Source of the DNA: an uncultured Eubacterium sp.
GTDB lineage: Bacteria; Bacillota; Clostridia; Oscillospirales; Acutalibacteraceae
DNA: 64,000 bases
Assembly (NCBI GenBank): GCA_905234995.1
Contig: CAJOJV010000001.1
Span: forward strand, 39,458-103,457
Direction of reading: 5' to 3'
In this document: piece after piece, positions 9,291 to 19,528 of the stretch
Layout of the letters: every line of letters starts with the position of its first letter
Position numbering within the stretch: the first letter of the stretch is position 1
Position numbers and translations under genes: made by a program
Notes under the pieces: generated by a model
Databases searched by the model: none
Told to the model about the DNA's origin: nothing
Seen by the model: only the letters and a program-made list of their open reading frames with translations

Positions 9291-10550
9291 TCAATATTCA
9301 AGATATGGCGCATATTTCTGAATTAAGGCTTTGAATTCGGTATAGGTTTCCGCGGTATAAAGATTTCTCTTTGTATCGTGGAAGAAATAATAATCGTTTG
9401 TGTCTTCAGGATAAAGTGCCGCCTGAATAGCGTCATATCCGGGATTACAAATCGGGCCCTCGGGAAGACCGATAACGGTTGAGGTTGAATTTGTATTATA
9501 ATAATTCAGATAGTAATCCGAGGTGTGCGCTGAGGTTGAAGCAATTGCAGGCGCAACCTTATTCTTGATATAGTCAGAGGTTGACTGACAGCCGAGGGAG
9601 GGATAATTCGTTTTATCGGCAAGGCGGTTTTCAATTACGGAAGCAATTGCCTTCATCTGATCGGTGTTGCCGGCTTCCGCCTGCACGATTGAAGCAATAG
9701 TCATTATCTCATACATTGAAAAGCCAAGCTCCTCTGCTCTTTGCCTGTCTTCCTCTGAAATCTTATTCTCTGTGTTTTTAAGGAAGGTTTCAATTGTGCT
9801 TGAAGCACTTTGACCTACATAGAATTCATAAGTGTCCGGGAACAAATAGCCCTCCAATCTATAAGGCACGGTTTCCTTTGCCTGAAGATTGGAAACAAGA
9901 GAGTACGTGAAATTGGTGGATTCAATAACTGAAAGCAAAGCCGCCTTATCGCAGACCTCGTTATCAACAAGCTTATCAATAATATCTGCAACAGTGTAGC
10001 CCTCTGGTATTGTTATTCTGACGGTTTCGCTTGATTCGGGGTCACCCATCATATTTATAAGCATTCCCTCAAGCCCCATCTTGCCGTTAAGATAATATAC
10101 TCCGGCATCATATGGAGGATTAACGCTGTATTTACCTATAAACTTATCCATAAAATTAATATAGAATTTACAGAACATTCTGCACTTAATAAGACCGTTA
10201 TCTGCAAGCAAATCAATTGCTTCTGAGGAAGTAGGAATTTCCTCTGTATAGCTGATTGTAACCGTAGATTTAGTTTTTGTAATGCCGAAAATATCGTTAA
10301 GGCAGAATATTGCATAAACGGAAAGCAGCATTGAAACCGCTATAACGATTATAAAAAACAGATAAGCAGACGCAACGCCGTTATTATTCTTTTTTTTCGG
10401 CTTTTTTACAAGCGTAGCAGAATTCTGAATAGTGGCTTTATCAGACTTATATTTTTTTGAATAATCCTGATTAGTGAAATAAATATCACTGCTGCCCGTG
10501 TCTGTATTTACGGGGTTAATTCCTGTTTCTTCAAGGTTAAAATCAGCCAT
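9291..10550 (-). CDS. mltG: endolytic murein transglycosylase MltG (YceG-like)
   Basis: 419 aa with a single TM after a basic N-terminus. YceG motifs are FPDTYEF, SIVQAEAG and GLPEGPICNPG. Confidence 0.9.
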   Translation of the reverse strand: MADFNLEETGINPVNTDTGSSDIYFTNQDYSKKYKSDKATIQNSATLVKKPKKKNNNGVASAYLFFIIVIAVSMLLSVYAIFCLNDIFGITKTKSTVTISYTEEIPTSSEAIDLLADNGLIKCRMFCKFYINFMDKFIGKYSVNPPYDAGVYYLNGKMGLEGMLINMMGDPESSETVRITIPEGYTVADIIDKLVDNEVCDKAALLSVIESTNFTYSLVSNLQAKETVPYRLEGYLFPDTYEFYVGQSASSTIETFLKNTENKISEEDRQRAEELGFSMYEIMTIASIVQAEAGNTDQMKAIASVIENRLADKTNYPSLGCQSTSDYIKNKVAPAIASTSAHTSDYYLNYYNTNSTSTVIGLPEGPICNPGYDAIQAALYPEDTNDYYFFHDTKRNLYTAETYTEFKALIQKYAPYLEY

Positions 10551-10552
10551 AT

Positions 10553-11116
10553 TTAATCCTCCTCGGTAGTTTTTATTACTCGCATATCGGTAATGATATA
10601 ATCAACCTTAATGTCAAATTTATCTTTTGGTAATACGTCTGCAACAAGCTCATCATAGCATAAGCCTATCGTCGTGAATTTAAAGTCGGCAAGGAAGCGG
10701 TCGTAGTAGCCTCCGCCGTAGCCAAGTCTGAATCCACGCAAATCATAAGCATAAGCGGGCACAATGCAAACGGCGTTGGTAAAGCAATCCAATGCTTTGC
10801 ATTTTTCTGTGTCAGGTTCCTGAATACCGTATTTCCCTGACTTCAGCTCGGTGAAATCCTTTATTCGGTAAAACTGCATAACTCCCTTATTTTCATGGCA
10901 TACGGGTAGCAACAGCTTTTTTCCGTCCTCAATTGCTTTTGATATAATTTCTAACGTGCCGATTTCACTTTTAATCGGGTAATAGCAAAGTATTTCATCT
11001 GCGCCTTTATAAAAATCAGAGTTGAGAAAAGAAGCGGCAATTACGCTGTCTTTTTTTAATTTATCGGAAATGCCGTTTCTTAATTCGGCATATTGCTGTC
11101 TTAATTTACCCTTCAT
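10553..11116 (-). CDS. 5-formyltetrahydrofolate cyclo-ligase
   Basis: Carries the MTHFS family motif LGYGGGYYDRF. The internal ATG at 11116 (MKGKLRQQY) avoids a 100-nt overlap with the upstream DJ-1 gene, so the track start at 11209 was trimmed. Confidence 0.8.
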   Translation of the reverse strand: MKGKLRQQYAELRNGISDKLKKDSVIAASFLNSDFYKGADEILCYYPIKSEIGTLEIISKAIEDGKKLLLPVCHENKGVMQFYRIKDFTELKSGKYGIQEPDTEKCKALDCFTNAVCIVPAYAYDLRGFRLGYGGGYYDRFLADFKFTTIGLCYDELVADVLPKDKFDIKVDYIITDMRVIKTTEED

Positions 11117-11651
11117 TGCACTGAATCTGGCTTTTGATGCGCTGTGCTTCCGCCTCTCCACTGAGCTGTTTAACAATCTCAAGACCGAAATCAACGGAAA
11201 CGCCCGCACCCCTTGCTGTTACAAATTTACCGTCAACGGCAACATAGTTATCGGAAAGAGAAGCGCCGCAAAGCGCATCCTCAAATCCGGGATAGCAGGT
11301 TGCCTCCAGTCCGTTTAACAAACCTTTATGACCTAAAATGGACGGAGCAGCGCATATTGCGCAAACGAGCTTGTCCTCAGCAACTGCAGTATCTATTGCA
11401 GAGTGCACCTTTTCGTTAGCTTCAAGGTTGGTTGTGCCCGGCATACCGCCCGGAAGCACAATTGCATCAACGTTACTGAAATTGAATTCATCTATTGTGA
11501 TATCAGCCTCAACCGTAACTCCGCAGGATGCAGTAACCCGCTTGCCCGTTACGCCAACGGTTGCAGTTTCAAGCTTTGCGCGTCGCAGCATATCAAGCGG
11601 AGACATTGCTTCAATTATTTCAAATCCGTCTGCAAGAAAAATATATACCAT
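11106..11651 (-). CDS. DJ-1/PfpI (ThiJ) family protein
   Basis: 181 aa with the nucleophile-elbow AICAAP and VLPGGMPG motifs of the DJ-1 family. Confidence 0.85.
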   Translation of the reverse strand: MVYIFLADGFEIIEAMSPLDMLRRAKLETATVGVTGKRVTASCGVTVEADITIDEFNFSNVDAIVLPGGMPGTTNLEANEKVHSAIDTAVAEDKLVCAICAAPSILGHKGLLNGLEATCYPGFEDALCGASLSDNYVAVDGKFVTARGAGVSVDFGLEIVKQLSGEAEAQRIKSQIQCNEG

Positions 11652-11655
11652 AGCT

Positions 11656-12102
11656 CTAACCTTCCAATTCTTTAATTAAAATAACGGGATGCTGAAGAGA
11701 AAAGCCCTCAAGCAAATATTCTTTTATCTCATCACTTTGAAAAAACTGCAGCTCGCTGATATCTGCTTTTTCGGTAAATCCGCGTTTTATGTAAAAATCC
11801 GCGAGTGATTCAGTTGCAGGAATAAGGCAAATATAATTGCTGCAATGCTTTTCCGCATTATGCAAAAGCGCGGTCATTAAGCCCTCGTTTCTGTGTCTTT
11901 CAGCCGTGCAGGCGGCATAAATATACCTGCCCTCACGCCCGTTTATATAGCATTCAACAAAATACAGCATTGCAAGAAGCTCGTCGCCGTCACTGATATT
12001 AAGGCATTCTGCATTATTGACATTATCAATAAAGAACTCTATTTCCTCTTTTGTATCGCCGAACGCTTCCTGCCATAAGCTGATAATTGCTTCTTTATTC
12101 AT
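11656..12102 (-). CDS. GNAT family N-acetyltransferase
   Basis: Small acetyltransferase fold with the acetyl-CoA loop region RHRNEGLMTALL. The start is uncertain: the ATG at 12102 gives an 8-nt overlap, and the track uses TTG at 12114. Confidence 0.7.
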   Translation of the reverse strand: MNKEAIISLWQEAFGDTKEEIEFFIDNVNNAECLNISDGDELLAMLYFVECYINGREGRYIYAACTAERHRNEGLMTALLHNAEKHCSNYICLIPATESLADFYIKRGFTEKADISELQFFQSDEIKEYLLEGFSLQHPVILIKELEG

Positions 12103-12988
12103 TATATATCGCAACCTCTTTTTTCAGCCAGATTGCAGGATGATAGGATTGCTTAGCTTTTCTTAAGCCCTCTAAGCCTAAATCCTCTTCCCTGTTGATA
12201 TATTTATATCCGTCCTCTAAAAGACGTTTTGCAAACTCCTGATTAATAATGGTGTAAGCGCCGTTGATATCGGAAGGAGCCTTTTCAAAATGAGTTACAA
12301 AGCATTCATTATTTCGAGCTTCCCCAAAGGTGTACGCAACCGGCTTGCCGCCAACCCTTATAAGTCCGCCCTTTAATCCGAGAGCAGCGTAGTTTTCAAA
12401 ACCGGTCAGCACAGCCTCAAACTCAAGAGAAAAATCAGGGTCGTCATCCTCTCTGTTATTAATCCAGTTTGTATGAAGCTCAATACATTCCGGGATATTT
12501 TCCTCGGTTATTTCCTCATAGCTCCAATCGGGATAGGTGCGTTTAAAATTTGAAATATGATTTCTTTTGCCGTGATATTTTTTTCCGGAAAGCTCAGCAA
12601 GCGCCACTGATTCATAAATATAGTCGTTAAACCCGTCGTCATATTTAAAGCTGAATTTACCAGGAAAGCAATCGCTCAGCATATCCCTGTATTCGTCAGT
12701 AACACCATATATTCGAGGTTTAATGCTTTTTGCCTTAGCATCGTCAATAATTTCCTGAACAGCTTCTTTAAAATCTCCGCAACCTATGGGCAGAGAATAT
12801 GATATATCCTCACCCTTGCCCCATCTGCAGATAAAGAAATCCTTAAATCTTGCAATCTGCGTGCGGTAAGGCGTTTTCCAAACAAAAACGCTGCCGAAGG
12901 TGTATTCGCTACTTAAGCTTTTTGCACAGGCAAAGCATTTATCAACCCAAGTCTTATCCTCAATTTGAGGTATTTTAAAATCTAACAT
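12095..12988 (-). CDS. DUF2156-like protein (related to the C-terminal domain of lysyl-phosphatidylglycerol synthases)
   Basis: 297 aa. The family assignment comes from my recollection of the DUF2156 pattern (N-terminal ...YTFGSVFVWK...). I could not identify catalytic motifs. Confidence 0.55.
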   Translation of the reverse strand: MLDFKIPQIEDKTWVDKCFACAKSLSSEYTFGSVFVWKTPYRTQIARFKDFFICRWGKGEDISYSLPIGCGDFKEAVQEIIDDAKAKSIKPRIYGVTDEYRDMLSDCFPGKFSFKYDDGFNDYIYESVALAELSGKKYHGKRNHISNFKRTYPDWSYEEITEENIPECIELHTNWINNREDDDPDFSLEFEAVLTGFENYAALGLKGGLIRVGGKPVAYTFGEARNNECFVTHFEKAPSDINGAYTIINQEFAKRLLEDGYKYINREEDLGLEGLRKAKQSYHPAIWLKKEVAIYNE

Positions 12989-13647
12989 AGCTCCTTATCA
13001 ATTATCTCTGTAATCTGTTTATGTATTGTTTCTATTGTTTTAGGCTTATCGCCTTCAGCACAGCTGATAATATGCCAGCCCTGCTTAGCAGCGGTATATA
13101 ACGCTGATTCCCTGCATTTCTTCAGGAATTCAACGTTAACCTCATGCACGTCCTTTTTATTTTCATCGCCGCTGTAACGCTGGGACATAAGCCTTTGAGA
13201 AATTTCAATCGGCATATCAAGATAAATCACAGCATCAGGCATTGGTATGCCGAGCTTTACATATTCAAAGTCAGCGCTCCATTCAAGGTAAGCATCCCAG
13301 TTATCTCTAGGAATTTTTTCCATCTGATATATTGAATTTGAAGTTGCATAGCGGTCTGCAATTATTAGCTTTCCGCTCTCATAATCAGTCTTCCATCCGA
13401 GGTTGAAGGAGGCATAGCGGTCAACGGCGTAAAAAGCGCCCGCGGCGAAAGCGTTAACGTCAGTTGCGGACTTGCCGAATTCTCCGCCGAGATACATTTT
13501 AACAAGCGTGCTTGAAGGATTATCGTAATCGGGAAGCTTAATTTTTTTATAATCAACGCCCTTGCCTGAAAGATATTTCTCCAGTAAAGCAATCTGAGTT
13601 GATTTTCCGCTGCCGTCAAGCCCTTCAATTATAATTAGTTTTCGCAT
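12982..13647 (-). CDS. thymidylate (dTMP) kinase family P-loop kinase
   Basis: 221 aa. P-loop IIIEGLDGSGKSTQ and a DRY-like ADRYATS motif typical of the Tmk/dNK fold. Confidence 0.75.
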   Translation of the reverse strand: MRKLIIIEGLDGSGKSTQIALLEKYLSGKGVDYKKIKLPDYDNPSSTLVKMYLGGEFGKSATDVNAFAAGAFYAVDRYASFNLGWKTDYESGKLIIADRYATSNSIYQMEKIPRDNWDAYLEWSADFEYVKLGIPMPDAVIYLDMPIEISQRLMSQRYSGDENKKDVHEVNVEFLKKCRESALYTAAKQGWHIISCAEGDKPKTIETIHKQITEIIDKELC

Positions 13648-13853
13648 TTATCTTTCCTTTGAACCTTCTTTTTGTTGCCGTTTTCGTCAACTATATATGT
13701 GTTTTCAAGCTGACCGACAAGGCTTTCCTTAAAGCTGTCAATATATATTCTGCGAAGCCTTGCCTGCTCCTCCTTTTCCGCTTCGGTTAAGCCATCTGCC
13801 TTTGATTTATGAGCAAGCTCGTTAATTCTCGCAATTTGTTCCTTTGTAATCAT
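13635..13853 (-). CDS. DUF896 (UPF0291) family small protein
   Basis: 72 aa. [39 protein letters not shown] matches the YnzC/DUF896 helical hairpin family. Its ATG shares one base with the sigA stop (TAATG). Confidence 0.8.
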   Translation of the reverse strand: MITKEQIARINELAHKSKADGLTEAEKEEQARLRRIYIDSFKESLVGQLENTYIVDENGNKKKVQRKDKCEN

Positions 13854-14983
13854 TAGTCCAAAAAATCCTTCAATTTCTTGCTTCTGCTCGGGTGACGGAG
13901 CTTTCTGAGCGCCTTTGCCTCAATCTGGCGAATACGCTCACGGGTTACGTTAAACTCCTTGCCGACCTCTTCAAGGGTTTTGGGGTTGCCGTCCTCAAGT
14001 CCGAAACGGAGGGAAAGCACCTTCTCCTCACGCGGAGTCAAGGTTTTAAGCACCTCTGCGAGCTGCTCCTTAAGCAGGCTCATTGAGGCTGCGTCTGCCG
14101 GAGCAAGCGCGTCATCATCGGGAATGAAATCGCCGAGATGGGAATCCTCCTCCTCGCCGATAGGCGTTTCAAGCGAAACGGGCTCCTGTGCAACGCGCAG
14201 AATTTCTCTTACCTTATCAGCAGGCATATCAAGGAATTCCGCGATTTCCTCGGGAGTGGGCTCCTTGCCGTTCTGGTGAAGCAACTGGCTGTTTGCCTTT
14301 TTAACCTTATTGATGGTTTCAACCATATGAACGGGAATTCTGATTGTGCGCGCCTGGTCTGCAATTGCACGGGTAATAGCCTGTCTAATCCACCAGGTTG
14401 CATAGGTTGAAAACTTAAAGCCCTTGGTGTAATCAAACTTATCAACGGCTTTGATAAGACCCATATTGCCTTCCTGAATTAAATCAAGGAACTGCATACC
14501 TCTGCCGACGTATCTTTTTGCAATGCTTACAACAAGGCGCAGGTTTGCCTCCGCAAGCCTTTGCTTTGCAACGGGGTCGTTTTCCGATATGCGCATTGCG
14601 TATTCAATTTCCTCCTCAGCAGTAAGAAGCGGCACGCGACCGATTTCCTTAAGATAAACCTTAACGGGATCGTCCATAGCTGCATTATCGTTGGTTGCAA
14701 CAGTATCGGCGGCATCCGTTTCCTTGGGTAAATCAACCTCAAGGGTGATACCGTCAAGCGCTTCTGCAGAGAAATCATCAACTATGCTTACGTTTGCGCT
14801 TTCAAGCATATCATTAAGCTTTTCAAGCTCATCAACGTCCATATCAAGCTCAACGATGAGATTATCAATCTCCTGAGCAGTTAAGTGACCGACTGCCTTG
14901 CCTTTTTCAACAAGCTTTTTAAAGGCGTTGTTTTTCTTTTCCTCGGAAACCTGCTGGGTTGGGGTTAAATTAATCTTATCCAT
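13853..14983 (-). CDS. sigA: primary RNA polymerase sigma factor (sigma-70/SigA)
   Basis: 376 aa with an acidic region 1, region 2 ([13 protein letters not shown]) and region 4.2 ([30 protein letters not shown]). Sits downstream of dnaG, as in the classic dnaG-sigA operon. Confidence 0.95.
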   Translation of the reverse strand: MDKINLTPTQQVSEEKKNNAFKKLVEKGKAVGHLTAQEIDNLIVELDMDVDELEKLNDMLESANVSIVDDFSAEALDGITLEVDLPKETDAADTVATNDNAAMDDPVKVYLKEIGRVPLLTAEEEIEYAMRISENDPVAKQRLAEANLRLVVSIAKRYVGRGMQFLDLIQEGNMGLIKAVDKFDYTKGFKFSTYATWWIRQAITRAIADQARTIRIPVHMVETINKVKKANSQLLHQNGKEPTPEEIAEFLDMPADKVREILRVAQEPVSLETPIGEEEDSHLGDFIPDDDALAPADAASMSLLKEQLAEVLKTLTPREEKVLSLRFGLEDGNPKTLEEVGKEFNVTRERIRQIEAKALRKLRHPSRSKKLKDFLD

Positions 14984-15013
14984 ATTGTTTTCTCCTCTTG
15001 AGTTGAAATTCCT

Positions 15014-16747
15014 TTATTTATTATCAAACATTTTTCTGAAATCATCATCGCTTATATTATTAACGGAAGTTTTTATCTTATCATTCTCATTAATAATAAC
15101 ATTTAAGCAATCTCTGAATTCTGCCTTAGGCTCCGTGCTCGGCTCACCTCTTGCAATAATCCCGGAAAGCCTGCCCATTTCATCACCGGTTAAATCGGCT
15201 GAAAAGCTCATTAAATCGTTATCGGCAGCATTTTCAATGTTTCTGATTATAAGCAAATAAACCTTCTGCATAAAGCCTTCCGTTAAGAGTGAGCTGTCAA
15301 AATCAGCGGCAAGCTTGCTGCAATCGGGATATTTGATTAACAGATAAATAAGCCTGTCCTCTGCCTTAATTTTACGAGAGGAGCTTTCACTGATAAATCC
15401 TAATCTCGCGCTTTGCCGTATGCTTTCGTTAACTATTGAATTATATTCAGAGCGCCTTTTAGCCCTTGAATGCTTTCTGACGTAATCATCAAGCTGTGTT
15501 TTGATATTTCTCTTTTCAACACCGAGCTCCTCGGAAATCCTTGAAATATACAAATCCTGTTCAACGGGCGTAGTATCTGCAAGAGCTTTAATAATTTCAT
15601 TAATAAAATCAATCTTGCCCTGCGTTGTGTTTAGATTAAAATTGTTTCTCTGCTTAATTATTTCATATTCAATTTCGTTAGTTGCGCCCTCAAGCATTCC
15701 TCTGAATGCGTCAACGCCGACGTTTTTGATGATTTCATCCGGGTCTTTGCCATATTTCAGCAGCGGAACCCTGACTTTAACATCGGCATTTTTAAACAAA
15801 ACAAGCGCTTTCTGAACAGCTTTCTGCCCTGCCTCATCTGCGTCGTAAGCAAGAACAACCTCGTTAGCATAACGGCTGATAAGCTTAACCTGCTCGCCAG
15901 TCAGCGCAGTTCCGCAGCCGCCGACGGCATTGGTAAACCCCGCCTGATACATAGATATAACGTCCATATATCCCTCACAAAGGATTAGAACGCCGCCCGA
16001 ATTATCCTTTGCGTTGTTCAGAGAAAACAGTTCATTGGTTTTCTTATAAACGATTGTGTCGTTCGTATTCAAGTATTTATTTGGCTTATTAGGCTCCATA
16101 ACTCTGCCGCCGAAGGCGATAACGTTTCCGCGCACGTCTATAATCGGGAACATTACACGGTTACGGAAGAAATCGTAATAACCCTTTTCGCCTTTTCTGA
16201 TTAAACCTGCCTGAACCAAATCAAAGCGAGAAAACCCCTGCTTAACGAGCTCGTTTTCAAGATTATGCCATCCGTCTGGCGCAAAGCCCAAGCCGAATTT
16301 ATTTATGGTTTTTTTAGACAAGCCTCTGCCCGTGAGGTACTCAAGCGCAGCCTTCCCCTCTTCGCTCATAAGCACTGAATGAAAGTATTTAGCGGCAGCT
16401 CTGTTTGCCTCAAGCACCTTGCGGCGCTGCTTTGAAACACTGTCATCAAATCCGTCCTGAGGCATTTCAAGCCCGGCGCGATCTGCAAGGAGCTTAACAG
16501 CGTCAACGTAATCAAGATTTTCAATTTTACGGATAAACCCGACCGTATCGCCGCCTGCGCCGCAGCCGAAGCAATAAAACGACTGCGTTTCGGGATAAAC
16601 GGTAAAGGACGGGGTCTTCTCATTATGAAACGGGCATAAGCCAACGTAGGTTGAGCCGCGCTTTTTCAAAGATACGTAGGAGGAAATTATGTCTTCAATA
16701 TCAATTTTATATTTAAGCTCCTGCAAAAACGAGCTGTTAATCGGCAT
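15014..16747 (-). CDS. dnaG: DNA primase
   Basis: 577 aa with an N-terminal zinc ribbon (CPFHNEKTPSF...CFGCG) and TOPRIM motifs (CEGYMDV, YDADEAG). Confidence 0.95.
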   Translation of the reverse strand: MPINSSFLQELKYKIDIEDIISSYVSLKKRGSTYVGLCPFHNEKTPSFTVYPETQSFYCFGCGAGGDTVGFIRKIENLDYVDAVKLLADRAGLEMPQDGFDDSVSKQRRKVLEANRAAAKYFHSVLMSEEGKAALEYLTGRGLSKKTINKFGLGFAPDGWHNLENELVKQGFSRFDLVQAGLIRKGEKGYYDFFRNRVMFPIIDVRGNVIAFGGRVMEPNKPNKYLNTNDTIVYKKTNELFSLNNAKDNSGGVLILCEGYMDVISMYQAGFTNAVGGCGTALTGEQVKLISRYANEVVLAYDADEAGQKAVQKALVLFKNADVKVRVPLLKYGKDPDEIIKNVGVDAFRGMLEGATNEIEYEIIKQRNNFNLNTTQGKIDFINEIIKALADTTPVEQDLYISRISEELGVEKRNIKTQLDDYVRKHSRAKRRSEYNSIVNESIRQSARLGFISESSSRKIKAEDRLIYLLIKYPDCSKLAADFDSSLLTEGFMQKVYLLIIRNIENAADNDLMSFSADLTGDEMGRLSGIIARGEPSTEPKAEFRDCLNVIINENDKIKTSVNNISDDDFRKMFDNK

Positions 16748-16852
16748 AATCTCAACTCCTCTCTAAAAACATTTTATACATAAAATAAACATTTTTCTAT
16801 AAGATTATACGCATTAGTAGCTATAATGCCTTTATATTATATATTTTTATTC

Positions 16853-16881
16853 TTGACGATTATATTTCAAAAGTATATGAT
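16853..16881 (+). promoter_or_regulatory. sigma-A type promoter for the metallophosphoesterase gene
   Basis: TTGACG (16853..16858), a 17-nt spacer, then TATGAT (16876..16881). A GAGG SD and the ATG at 16899 follow. Confidence 0.55.
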
Positions 16882-16898
16882 ATTACTGAGGTTTTTCT

Positions 16899-17741
16899 AT
16901 GATTTACTTATTAATTACATTACTCATTGCTCTGTTGCTTTTCTTCTGCTATTACGAAAACAACAAGCTTGATATAACCGAATATGAATTATTTTCCGAA
17001 AACATAAAATCCGAAATCAAAATTGCACAGCTTTCGGATTTACATTCAAAGCCTGCAAATAACGTTCTTGAAAGGCTTAAAGTAATTAATCCGGACGTGA
17101 TTATGATTACGGGCGATTTCATTAATGACCATGCAAGGCGCAGGAATAAAATGCTTGATTACGCCAAAGCGCTTTGCGATATCTGCCCCGTTTATTATAT
17201 TACGGGCAATCATGAAAGGCGCCTTGAGCAATTTGATGAGCTTATGCAGCAGCTTTCAAATGCAGGGTTTAACGTTCTTCTCAACGAGGTTAAGATTGCA
17301 GATATAAACGGAAACAGAATCGTTATTCTCGGGCTTGATGAAAACCAAGCGGATTTTGAGGATTACAAAGCACGCAAAAACGGCACCTTTGTTTACAAGG
17401 ATATGCGCCCGTATTTTGAAACACTTAGCGAGGCTGACGGCTATAAAATCGTTCTAAGCCATTTTCCCGAGAATTTTGAAAAGGTTGAGGAAAACAATTA
17501 CAGCCAATATGATTTTGACCTGCAGCTATCGGGTCACGCTCATGGCGGGCAGTTTATTCTGCCGTTTATCGGTCCCGTGTTCAGCCCCGGCCAGGGATTA
17601 TTTCCGAAATATGCAAGGGGTTCCTTCGGCGACAGACCAAGGCTGATTGTAAGCCGCGGAATCGGTAATTCCGAATTTCCTTTAAGGTTATTCAATCATC
17701 CCGAAATCAACGTAATAACGCTAAACAAACCGCAGAAATAA
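16899..17741 (+). CDS. membrane-anchored metallophosphoesterase (YkuE/YaeI-like)
   Basis: 280 aa with an N-terminal TM helix. Calcineurin-like motifs are present in order: SDLHS, GDFIN, GNHE and GHAHGG. Confidence 0.85.
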   Translation: MIYLLITLLIALLLFFCYYENNKLDITEYELFSENIKSEIKIAQLSDLHSKPANNVLERLKVINPDVIMITGDFINDHARRRNKMLDYAKALCDICPVYYITGNHERRLEQFDELMQQLSNAGFNVLLNEVKIADINGNRIVILGLDENQADFEDYKARKNGTFVYKDMRPYFETLSEADGYKIVLSHFPENFEKVEENNYSQYDFDLQLSGHAHGGQFILPFIGPVFSPGQGLFPKYARGSFGDRPRLIVSRGIGNSEFPLRLFNHPEINVITLNKPQK

Positions 17742-17750
17742 ATCTGCGGT

Positions 17751-18371
17751 TTATATTTTTGCAAATCTTTCACCAATACAATTTAATGAATATTTACCAT
17801 TACTTAAATCGGTAAGTTTATCTGATAAAGAATTAGCTTTAGACTGACTTACAGAAAATACCACTTTAACGTTTTCAGCATAATCAGTGCTTTCTATGCT
17901 TGCGCCGAAATCCTCAAGAAGAGAGCAAAGGCGCTCATAAAATGAATAATCAACCTCCGCCGTCAAAACGCTGCAAAGCCCCATCGTTATAGTATTTCCG
18001 GCATCAAGAGCAATTTTTGAGCCGTGCGCATAAGCGCGCACGAGGCCACCCGCGCCGAGAAGCGTGCCTCCGAAATAACGTGTAACAACCACGCAGACGT
18101 CAACGACCTCTGATTTGAGAATAACGTCAAGCACAGGAACGCCCGCCGTGCCGGAGGGCTCTCCATCGTCACTGTAGCGCTGAATGTTGTTATCTTTCAG
18201 CACATATGCGTAGACGTTATGAGTTGCATCCCAATGCTTTGACTTAATTGAATTAATGAAATCAACTGCTTCCTCCTGGGTTTTTACAGGCTTGACATAA
18301 CCGATAAAGCGCGATTTCTTTTCAATAAATTCTGCATTACTTTCTTTTTCAACAGTTTTGTATTCCTGCAT
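17751..18371 (-). CDS. YigZ / IMPACT family protein
   Basis: 206 aa. The motifs HNVYAY and DDGEPSGTAGVP are characteristic of the UPF0029/IMPACT N-terminal domain. Confidence 0.85.
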   Translation of the reverse strand: MQEYKTVEKESNAEFIEKKSRFIGYVKPVKTQEEAVDFINSIKSKHWDATHNVYAYVLKDNNIQRYSDDGEPSGTAGVPVLDVILKSEVVDVCVVVTRYFGGTLLGAGGLVRAYAHGSKIALDAGNTITMGLCSVLTAEVDYSFYERLCSLLEDFGASIESTDYAENVKVVFSVSQSKANSLSDKLTDLSNGKYSLNCIGERFAKI

Positions 18372-18372
18372 A

Positions 18373-19149
18373 TCAATTAACGATTTCCTTTGAAAAGCGT
18401 TTGTTTAAATCGTTTTTGCCCTTGTGATGATAAGGAACGATTTTAAGAATTATCCAGCCAATTACACCGCCGACGGTATTGCAAATCATATCCTCCATCG
18501 TATCAATAAGCGCATAACGCATATCATCTCGCGGGTCGATGAAATTAGGAAGCCCGATACCGTCCTTTAAATCAGCCTCTATTGCAAGCGCAAGCGACCA
18601 ATGCTGCGCGTCACCAATATCGGGATTTAACTGGTCTGCCGTGAACTCAAAAAGCTCCCAGATATTACCTGCAACAAAAGAAAAGCAAAGCGCTCCGAAA
18701 ACGATTATGGCGACTGAATTAACGATTTTGTCTCTCACCTGCATTGCACATAAAATCTCATAACCGAGAATTGTGCAAAGCACGCCGCCGACCGTGTGCA
18801 TAACAATATCAAGCACGGGCATACTGTAATATAAATTCAGGTATGCGCCGCCGAAGCTTGCCGTTAATAAGCCTACCGAGCTCACGTCCTGTATGTAAGC
18901 GGGTAAATTGCGCACGAGGTTTTTATCGGGAAACATCATCAAAATCTCCCAAGCAAACATTCCGATAAGATTGCCCGTAACCTGAAGTGCCATCAGCTTT
19001 CTGTCATCAGCCTTGCTGATAAAAAGCGCGTGAATCAGCGCGCCGATTAAAACGAGCCTGCACGCCCACCAGATACATAATTCCCATTTTTTAGGGCTGT
19101 TTGCCCCATTAAAAATCCTGTTAAGATAAGTTTTCATATTTTGACCCAC
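18373..19149 (-). CDS. polytopic integral membrane protein, function unknown
   Basis: 258 aa with about 6 hydrophobic segments. I recognise no family motif. It is tightly coupled to yigZ: its stop lies 1 nt from the yigZ start. Confidence 0.6.
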   Translation of the reverse strand: MGQNMKTYLNRIFNGANSPKKWELCIWWACRLVLIGALIHALFISKADDRKLMALQVTGNLIGMFAWEILMMFPDKNLVRNLPAYIQDVSSVGLLTASFGGAYLNLYYSMPVLDIVMHTVGGVLCTILGYEILCAMQVRDKIVNSVAIIVFGALCFSFVAGNIWELFEFTADQLNPDIGDAQHWSLALAIEADLKDGIGLPNFIDPRDDMRYALIDTMEDMICNTVGGVIGWIILKIVPYHHKGKNDLNKRFSKEIVN

Positions 19150-19174
19150 AAATAATCTCAGCTAATTACTGAGC

Positions 19175-19207
19175 ATAAAAAGAAACAAGGGAGCAAAATG
19201 CTCCCTT
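19175..19207 (-). terminator. rho-independent terminator after rpmE
   Basis: The minus strand reads AAGGGAGC-atttt-GCTCCCTT followed by GTTTCTTTTT. Confidence 0.8.
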
Positions 19208-19221
19208 CTTTTAATTTAAGA

Positions 19222-19425
19222 TTAGCCTTTACGAGCATATCTCTTGTTGAATCTGTCAACACGTCCGCCTGTATCAACAAGCTTCTGCTTACCTGTGTAG
19301 AAAGGATGGCACTTTGAGCAGATATCAACCTTTAATTCACTCTTAGTACTCTTTGTTTCGTAAGTTGCACCGCATGCGCACTTAACGATACAAGTGTCGT
19401 AATTAGGATGAAGTCCTTCTTTCAT
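19222..19425 (-). CDS. rpmE: 50S ribosomal protein L31 (Cys-containing, zinc-ribbon type)
   Basis: [19 protein letters not shown]...[13 protein letters not shown]...RFNKRY is near-identical in pattern to Bacillus RpmE. The track's 30-aa N-terminal extension begins on the TTG of the -35 box and was trimmed. Confidence 0.95.
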   Translation of the reverse strand: MKEGLHPNYDTCIVKCACGATYETKSTKSELKVDICSKCHPFYTGKQKLVDTGGRVDRFNKRYARKG

Positions 19426-19486
19426 ATTTTTCACCTCACATAGTCTTGCGGACTGGTAGCGGCCAGCCCTACTTAGTAACGAAGCG

Positions 19487-19515
19487 ATTATAACATAAGA
19501 AAATACAAATTGCAA
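19487..19515 (-). promoter_or_regulatory. sigma-A type promoter for rpmE
   Basis: The minus strand reads TTGCAA (19515..19510), a 17-nt spacer, then TATAAT (19492..19487). A ~55-nt leader follows, containing a GGCTGG...CCAGTC hairpin. Confidence 0.65.
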
Positions 19516-19528
19516 GCATTTTTTTAAA

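Noticed and set aside
19426-19515. 30-aa N-terminal extension of L31 in the ORF track ([14 protein letters not shown]...)
   Set aside because: The proposed start is the TTG of a TTGCAA -35 hexamer in a near-consensus promoter. The canonical L31 N-terminus MKEGLHPNY begins at 19425, preceded by a GAGGTG SD.
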